Source: Prochlorococcus marinus subsp. pastoris str. CCMP1986
GTDB lineage: Bacteria > Cyanobacteriota > Cyanobacteriia > PCC-6307 > Cyanobiaceae
Assembly (NCBI RefSeq): GCF_000011465.1
Contig: NC_005072.1
Coordinates: 930,001 to 962,000 of the forward strand
Length of the DNA: 32,000 nucleotides
Direction: 5' to 3'
This document shows positions 26,998 to 32,000 of the stretch, piece by piece (positions within the stretch are counted from its first letter, which is position 1; each line of letters starts with the position of its first letter). The translations under genes and the position numbers were made by a program. The notes below the pieces were generated by a model that ran no database searches, was not told the origin of the DNA, and saw only the letters and a program-made list of their open reading frames with translations.

Positions 26998-27510
26998 ATG
27001 TTATCTTCAATAGATAAATTTCTCAAACTTATGGTAGTAGATGTCCAAAACACAACCGTTGTTTCAGCAAATGGAGAAGCGAAAAAACTTGGCCAATATT
27101 CAGGAAATGTAATTTTGATAGTAAACGTCGCCAGTTATTGCGGTAATACTGCTCAATATAAGGATCTCCAAAAGCTTCACGATAAATATTCAAAAAAAGG
27201 TTTAAGGATTCTTGCTTTCCCTTGTAATGACTTCGGGAATCAAGAGCCTGATTCTCTTACAGAGATAAAGAACTTTTGTTCTACAAAATATGGTGTTGAA
27301 TTCGAAATTATGGAAAAAGTACACGCGAAAGGTAATACTAGCGAACCATATACAACACTAAATAATGTTGAACCAAAGGGTGATGTTGAATGGAATTTTG
27401 AAAAATTTTTAATTGGCAAAGATAGTAATGTGATTGCAAGGTTTAAACCTGGTATTCAACCATTCGATGAAAATTTAATTGCCGCAATAGAAGTAGCAAT
27501 AGATTCTTAA
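26998..27510 (+). CDS. Glutathione peroxidase
   Basis: LIVNVASYCGNTAQYKDLQKLHDKYSKKGLRILAFPCNDFGNQEPDS ... VEWNFEKFLI; Cys-type Gpx. Confidence 0.93.
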   Translation: MLSSIDKFLKLMVVDVQNTTVVSANGEAKKLGQYSGNVILIVNVASYCGNTAQYKDLQKLHDKYSKKGLRILAFPCNDFGNQEPDSLTEIKNFCSTKYGVEFEIMEKVHAKGNTSEPYTTLNNVEPKGDVEWNFEKFLIGKDSNVIARFKPGIQPFDENLIAAIEVAIDS

Positions 27511-27627
27511 TTTGGTATTAATATTAAAAATTTTTTTACCAAATAAAACCAAAAGGCTGTAATTATTTTTGAAATTTTATAATTAAATGAATATATATAG
27601 GATTATTTATTCTTAATTATCATTGTT

Positions 27628-28308
27628 TTAGCTTTTTTTGAATTTAGGTTTTTTCCTTTTTGTCTTTGCTTCTACTAACTCTTCTTTAACTTCAATTACC
27701 TCTGGTTCCTCTGACTTTGCTTCTACTAACTCTTCTTTAACTTCAATTACCTCTGGTTCCTCTGACTTTGCTTCTACTAACTCTTCTTTAACTTCAATTA
27801 CCTCTGGTTCCTCTGACTTTGCTTCTACTAACTCTTCTTTAACTTCAATTACCTCTGGTTCCTCTGACTTTGCTTCTATTAACTCTTCTTTAACTTCAAT
27901 TACCTCTGGTTCCTCTGACTTTGCTTCTACTAACTCTTCTTTAACTTCAATTACCTCTGGTTCCTCTGACTTTGCTTCTACTAACTCTTCTTTAACTTCA
28001 ATTACCTCTGGTTCCTCTGACTTTGCTTCTACTAACTCTTCTTTAACTTCAATTACCTCTGGTTCCTCTGACTTTGCTTCTATTAACTCTTCTTTAACTT
28101 CATTTACCACTGATTCCAAATCTAATTGCGATCCTGAATTTAAATTTTCTTTAGAAATTTCCTCTTTATTACTAAGAAGAAACTTTAATAAACGTTGGAA
28201 TAACAACCAACCTTTTTCTACTCTTTTTGGTCCCAAAATTATAAGAACAATAACTGATATTACAAAAATTGCTGGAGAATTTAAACCTAAAAAATTCATC
28301 AATTTCAA
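27628..28308 (-). CDS. TatA/Hcf106-like N-terminus followed by a long acidic tandem repeat tail
   Basis: NSPAIFVISVIVLIILGPKRVEKG (TatA-type TM and LGPKR hinge), then 8 full plus 1 partial copies of EVKEEL(V/I)EAKSEEPEVI, then the basic tail TKRKKPKFKKS. Confidence 0.75.
   Translation of the reverse strand: MKLMNFLGLNSPAIFVISVIVLIILGPKRVEKGWLLFQRLLKFLLSNKEEISKENLNSGSQLDLESVVNEVKEELIEAKSEEPEVIEVKEELVEAKSEEPEVIEVKEELVEAKSEEPEVIEVKEELVEAKSEEPEVIEVKEELIEAKSEEPEVIEVKEELVEAKSEEPEVIEVKEELVEAKSEEPEVIEVKEELVEAKSEEPEVIEVKEELVEAKTKRKKPKFKKS
27664..28101 (-). repeat. 51-bp (17-aa) in-frame tandem repeat, 8 full plus one 30-bp partial copy
   Basis: Direct reading; Val/Ile variants fall in units 1 and 5, showing a duplicated 4-unit (204 bp) block. 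Confidence 0.95.
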
Positions 28309-28347
28309 ACATTCTGAATTTACTTTAGTACATCATAAAAATTAAGG

Positions 28348-28740
28348 CTAATTATTTTCAAAAGTAGGTAAATAAAGCTCTCTATTTGAAGCAATAATAC
28401 CTTCTTCTTTAAAGAAAATTTCTAATTCTTTTAAATCGTTTATATTAATTTTATCTCCGCAGTTATCTAAAATATTATTAGAAGTAAACTCCCAAAGGTC
28501 ATTTAAATATTGATCATCGTCTGGGAAAGCTACAAATTTTAGATATGTATTATTTAAAGCATATTCACTTGCAAACTCAGAGTCTAATCCCTCATTTTTA
28601 GCATCACAAAAAACTTTAGCAAACCTTTTACCTACAGAAGTTTGAGCACTAGACAAATCAAGACTTCCTTGAATTGCATAAACATTATTAGGAGCAAAAA
28701 AAAGAAAAATTTGAAGAAAAATTGATAATAAAAGGATCAA
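28348..28740 (-). CDS. Secreted hypothetical protein, 130 aa; apparent paralogue of 8610-9011
   Basis: Signal-like MILLLSIFLQIFLFFAPNNVYAIQ and the core TSVGKRFAKVFCDAKNEGLDSEFASEYAL...NILDNCGDKI. Confidence 0.7.
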   Translation of the reverse strand: MILLLSIFLQIFLFFAPNNVYAIQGSLDLSSAQTSVGKRFAKVFCDAKNEGLDSEFASEYALNNTYLKFVAFPDDDQYLNDLWEFTSNNILDNCGDKININDLKELEIFFKEEGIIASNRELYLPTFENN

Positions 28741-28910
28741 AAATACAGCACCTAAAAAATTTAACCTTTTTTCAATTTAGCAAAAATAGTAACTAATTAA
28801 GAGAATAAAAAGAAATCTAATTAAATTTTTTATTAATAAAAAACAGAATCAAATGAATGTTAATTATTCAATCTATAGTGAATATATCAGAAGTGGATTT
28901 TTACATAATG

Positions 28911-29915
28911 TCTTCAATTATAAAATTAAGAGGCAAAGGTGTATCGAGAATAATAAATAGTAAAGTAATGTTGTCTCCTCTCGCAGGAGTTACCGATAAA
29001 ATATTTAGAAAATTAGTAAGAAAATGGGCTCCAGAATCTTTACTATTTACAGAAATGATTAATGCGACAAGTCTTAAACATGGATATGGCACTCAGAAAA
29101 TAAAACAACTTGAATTAGAAAAAGGTCCTATAGGTGTGCAGATATTTGATAATAGGCCCTTTGCTGTTTCAGAGGCTGCAAAATTGGCAGAAGATTCAGG
29201 TGCATTTCTAATTGATATAAATATGGGCTGTCCAGTAAAAAAAATCTCAAGAAAAGGGGGTGGAAGTGCCTTAATTAATGATCGCTTATTAGCTATTGAA
29301 TTAGTAAAAAGAGTTTCAAATGCTGTAAAAGTACCTGTTACAGTCAAAACAAGGCTTGGTTGGGAAAATAAAGAAGAGAATATAGAGGAATTTCTATTAA
29401 GTCTTCAAGATGCAGGAGCTGAAATGATAACCTTACATGGAAGAACTCGAAAAGAAGGCTTTTCAGGTAAAGCAGACTGGGAAATGATTGGAAAAATTAA
29501 AGAGCTTTTAGAAATACCAGTAATTGCAAATGGAGATATTAAGAATCCTAAGGACGCTTATAATTGCTTAAAAAAAACAAATGCTGATGGTTTAATGATT
29601 GGGAGAGGCATACTTGGTTCTCCCTGGAAAATAGGAGAAATAGATTATGCAGTTAAAGAAATTAAAGGTTTTGAAGAACCAAATATTGAAGAAAAATTGT
29701 TATTGATTATTGAACATTTGGATGAACTTATAAAAGAAAAGGGCAGTCATGGTTTATTAATAGCCAGAAAACATATTTCATGGACTTGTAAAAATTTTCC
29801 AGAAGCTACAAGTCTTCGAAATAAATTAGTAAGAGCAATAGACGCCAATGAGGTTAAAGAATTAATAAATAAAGCGATTAAAACTTTAAATTATGAAAAA
29901 AAAATATTAACCTGA
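28911..29915 (+). CDS. dusB: tRNA-dihydrouridine synthase (DusB-like)
   Basis: VMLSPLAGVTDKIFRKLVRKWAPESLLFTEMINATSL, DINMGCPVKKISRKGGGSAL, GRTRKEGFSGKADW, GDIKNPKDA; ATG at 28911 preferred over 28857. Confidence 0.93.
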   Translation, partial: SSIIKLRGKGVSRIINSKVMLSPLAGVTDKIFRKLVRKWAPESLLFTEMINATSLKHGYGTQKIKQLELEKGPIGVQIFDNRPFAVSEAAKLAEDSGAFLIDINMGCPVKKISRKGGGSALINDRLLAIELVKRVSNAVKVPVTVKTRLGWENKEENIEEFLLSLQDAGAEMITLHGRTRKEGFSGKADWEMIGKIKELLEIPVIANGDIKNPKDAYNCLKKTNADGLMIGRGILGSPWKIGEIDYAVKEIKGFEEPNIEEKLLLIIEHLDELIKEKGSHGLLIARKHISWTCKNFPEATSLRNKLVRAIDANEVKELINKAIKTLNYEKKILT

Positions 29916-29933
29916 AAATAATTAAATTTTAAA

Positions 29934-30188
29934 ATGAAAATAATAAGTTCAAAGACGAGTCAAAGAGTTTGTAAACATATGAATAAAGATCACATTGGAT
30001 CTGTACATAAATATCTAAAATATTATGGAAAGATTTCAGAATTTAAGGAAGCTTATTTGGAAGAAATTTCCAGTCAATTCATGAAAATTAAATATGATGA
30101 TAAGTTTGCAATTATAAATTTTAAAAATGAAATCTCAGAAGATGAAATTCATGGCACATTAGTTTCGATGATAAAAGAAATTGAATAA
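29934..30188 (+). CDS. DUF2470-like small protein
   Basis: SKTSQRVCKHMNKDHIGSVHKYLKYYGKISEFKEAYLEEISSQFMKIKYDDKFAIINF: HMNxDH motif as in HugZ-like C-terminal domains. Confidence 0.78.
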   Translation: MKIISSKTSQRVCKHMNKDHIGSVHKYLKYYGKISEFKEAYLEEISSQFMKIKYDDKFAIINFKNEISEDEIHGTLVSMIKEIE

Positions 30189-30221
30189 ATTTCTTGAGCC
30201 ATCTTCGTAAAAAAAGAACAT

Positions 30222-30386
30222 CTAAGAATTTCTCTCATAGTAATCCGAAATTTTTTTACATTCTTCAAACGTAAGCATACTCAATCTTGAACTTGCATTA
30301 CATTTTAAGATTGCACATACAGCCAACAGATCAGAGCTGTCAACATTGAGTGCTTCAGAAAGCTCTATAACTCTAAGACCCTTCAA
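30222..30386 (-). CDS. 54-aa putative IF2-N-like helical mini-protein (TTG start)
   Basis: Hand translation MKGLRVIELSEALNVDSSDLLAVCAILKCNASSRLSMLTFEECKKISDYYERNS; upstream in-frame TAA; absent from the ORF track. Confidence 0.6.
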   Translation of the reverse strand: MKGLRVIELSEALNVDSSDLLAVCAILKCNASSRLSMLTFEECKKISDYYERNS

Positions 30387-30430
30387 TATTTTTACTTAAA
30401 AGAGGATTGATAAAAACATTGTACTTCGAA

Positions 30431-30676
30431 TTAATGTGCAGCATTTTTTCCTAAACCAGCTATAAATGGGAAAGCTTGCTCGTCGCCAAAAATATCTTCA
30501 TTAGAAGTTATAGGGATATCGCCTTTATCCTTAATATCACTTTTAACATCACTAGATTTTGATTCCATAGATATATCATTACTTAATTCGCCACCAATTT
30601 CATCGGCCAAGCAATTACTAAAACTAAAACAAAAGTAACTAATAAAAACAAATGAAATTAAAATAATGTTTTTCAT
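30431..30676 (-). CDS. Secreted hypothetical protein, 81 aa
   Basis: Signal-like MKNIILISFVFISYFCFSFSNCLADE then a polar region. Confidence 0.6.
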   Translation of the reverse strand: MKNIILISFVFISYFCFSFSNCLADEIGGELSNDISMESKSSDVKSDIKDKGDIPITSNEDIFGDEQAFPFIAGLGKNAAH

Positions 30677-30773
30677 AAAAAAACTAATAAAAAAATATTC
30701 TCTTACAAAAATAAATTTTTGAAAAAAATTTTTCTTATATTAAAACAATTCTAAATATATAAATTAATACAAA

Positions 30774-31010
30774 CTATTTATTTAATTTATTTCTATTCTT
30801 GAATCTTACCAAGAAATAAATTCCAATCATTATAAGAATAGCCATTGAATATTTAAAAAGGAAAACATAAACGACATAAACTAAGAAAGGGAACAAGCAT
30901 GCTCTTTTAAAATTAATTTTTTGAGTTGAGTTCATTTTTTCCCAATTTAAATATTCTCTCCACTGGAATATTTTCTTCATTTTTCTTTCTTTATAATTTC
31001 GATTAAACAT
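30774..31010 (-). CDS. Hypothetical protein with hydrophobic segment, up to 78 aa
   Basis: ACLFPFLVYVVYVFLFKYSMAILIMIGIYFLVRF; the true start could be downstream (MKKIFQW). Confidence 0.55.
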   Translation of the reverse strand: MFNRNYKERKMKKIFQWREYLNWEKMNSTQKINFKRACLFPFLVYVVYVFLFKYSMAILIMIGIYFLVRFKNRNKLNK

Positions 31011-31123
31011 AATTTTTAAAATATAATTTTTTATTTTTTTTTATTTTAATTAATAAAAACCAACTTCAATAACTATATTTTTATTATAAATATACACATA
31101 TAAATTTCAAAATTTTAATCTAA

Positions 31124-31537
31124 ATGAAAAAAATTTGGAAAATTGAAAAGTTAGTATTACCACAACATTCAGATCACGCTGGGGTTATGTGGCATGGTAC
31201 ATATTTTGATTGGCTTGAAGAAGGAAGGATCAATGCACTTTCAAAAGCAGGTTTAAATTATGTTGACCTTACAAAAAATGGTTTTGACTTACCTTTAATA
31301 GATACTTCAATAAAATATATATCACCCTTATTTCTTGGAGATACTGTAACAATAGAAACTATATTTGAAATAAGCAAAAGTCCAAAAATAAAAATCCATT
31401 CAAAATTCATTAACAAAAGCAAAACAATTTTGACCATAGCTAAGGTTAATTTGGTTCTAATAAATAAAAAAAGTTTTTCTATTATAAGGAAAAGGCCTGA
31501 TTTCATATCAAAAGCTTTTTTAAAATTAAACGGATAA
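31124..31537 (+). CDS. Hotdog-fold acyl-CoA thioesterase (4-hydroxybenzoyl-CoA/DHNA-CoA thioesterase-like)
   Basis: LPQHSDHAGVMWHGTYFDWLEEGRINALSKAGL: canonical D-x-x-G-x-x-x-H-x-x-Y/F-x-x-x-x-E motif. Confidence 0.87.
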   Translation: MKKIWKIEKLVLPQHSDHAGVMWHGTYFDWLEEGRINALSKAGLNYVDLTKNGFDLPLIDTSIKYISPLFLGDTVTIETIFEISKSPKIKIHSKFINKSKTILTIAKVNLVLINKKSFSIIRKRPDFISKAFLKLNG

Positions 31538-31591
31538 GATTATAGTTAGCTAATTTATTAATTAATTAGAGTAATTAAATTCTTTTCACTA

Positions 31592-31792
31592 ATGAAGGAT
31601 ATATTTCTTGTCTTGGATTCATATCAATATCAAATGGAATCAAATTATCAGGAAACCTCTTCTCTAACTAATCTTTTTACTGAAAACAAATTTATAGGAT
31701 GGCTAGGTCTTTTTATTGTATTTTTTTCAATCTTTGCAATTATTATTTTTCAGTTTCTTGAATGGGAAAGTAATGACAAAAACAAGGAATAA
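31592..31792 (+). CDS. Hypothetical single-TM protein, 66 aa
   Basis: NKFIGWLGLFIVFFSIFAIIIFQFLEWESN. Confidence 0.55.
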   Translation: MKDIFLVLDSYQYQMESNYQETSSLTNLFTENKFIGWLGLFIVFFSIFAIIIFQFLEWESNDKNKE

Positions 31793-31831
31793 AAAAGACT
31801 TGAATTATAATAAATATAAACGTTTTATAAA

Positions 31832-32000
31832 ATGGCAATTTACTTAAAAATAACAAATCCGACTGAAGTTGTAAAAAAAAAGACCTCCAAATGGTTAACA
31901 GACTTAACACCAGAAAGAATTGATCGAAAATTAGTTGAAGACGAAGTTATTAAAGGTATTATTGAACAATTAACACTTGAAGGTATTGAAGGCGAAATCT
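31832..32000 (+). CDS. Hypothetical protein, N-terminal fragment (truncated by window end)
   Basis: MAIYLKITNPTEVVKKKTSKWLTDLTPERIDRKLVEDEVIKGIIEQLTLEGIEGEI open to the window end. Confidence 0.7.
   Translation, partial: MAIYLKITNPTEVVKKKTSKWLTDLTPERIDRKLVEDEVIKGIIEQLTLEGIEGEI

Noticed and set aside
27664-28101. Regular repeats considered as a CRISPR array
   Set aside because: The copies are directly contiguous with no unique spacers and lie in-frame inside a coding sequence.
27638-28345. 235-aa plus-strand ORF (SSDFASTNSSLTSITSG repeats) opposite the TatA-like gene
   Set aside because: A 51-bp repeat is a multiple of 3, so one open unit keeps the whole frame open on the opposite strand. 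The minus-strand protein has a sensible TM/hinge domain and charged repeats, while the plus-strand product looks like an artefact.
20674-29347. Other overlapping track ORFs: 20674-20859, 20893-21090, 22332-22550, 23610-23813, 25479-25748, 26409-26630, 26660-27013, 28901-29092, 29093-29347
   Set aside because: All are opposite or out of frame to well-supported genes (MBL protein, pepN, purT, the small protein before purT, dusB), and are best explained as shadow ORFs.
1-32000. tRNA, rRNA, tmRNA, transposase or integrase genes
   Set aside because: No cloverleaf-like segments with GTTC/TTCGA-type arms and no transposase motifs were recognised by eye. tRNAscan-SE/ARAGORN and ISfinder would be needed to exclude them formally.

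Overview
The window is AT-rich and gene-dense, and looks like the core genome of a marine picocyanobacterium. The lineage (Prochlorococcus-like) is inferred from the urea ABC transporter genes, many tiny cyanobacterial-style membrane ORFs and base composition; no search was run. Recognisable content: the 3' end of urtC, then urtD and urtE; a three-gene ABC-2 type exporter; a TauE/SafE permease; an HNH endonuclease; a phosphoribosyltransferase plus a nucleoside 2-deoxyribosyltransferase-like gene; rpsU with a TTG start, missing from the ORF track; a helix-hairpin-helix protein; a P-loop kinase, FAD oxidoreductase and MTHFR-like cassette; an S51 peptidase; a GNAT acetyltransferase; a DCC-family protein; an MBL-fold hydrolase; aminopeptidase N; purT; glutathione peroxidase; a TatA-like protein with 51-bp tandem repeats; a dus tRNA-dihydrouridine synthase; a DUF2470-like protein; and a thioesterase. 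I saw no CRISPR array, transposase, prophage, rRNA or tRNA, and nothing that clearly makes a new defence system. The observations most worth a second look are: (1) a structured intergenic element with nested hairpins, a G8 run and a strong intrinsic terminator (6711-6838), probably an sRNA; (2) the TatA-like gene with 8.6 copies of a 17-aa repeat arranged as a duplicated 4-unit block; (3) the kinase/FAD oxidoreductase/MTHFR-like cassette; (4) an apparently secreted ORF with no canonical start codon (21486-21848); (5) a small ORF split by an apparent 1-nt deletion (17821-18053); and (6) a TTG-started 54-aa IF2-N-like mini-protein (30222-30386).
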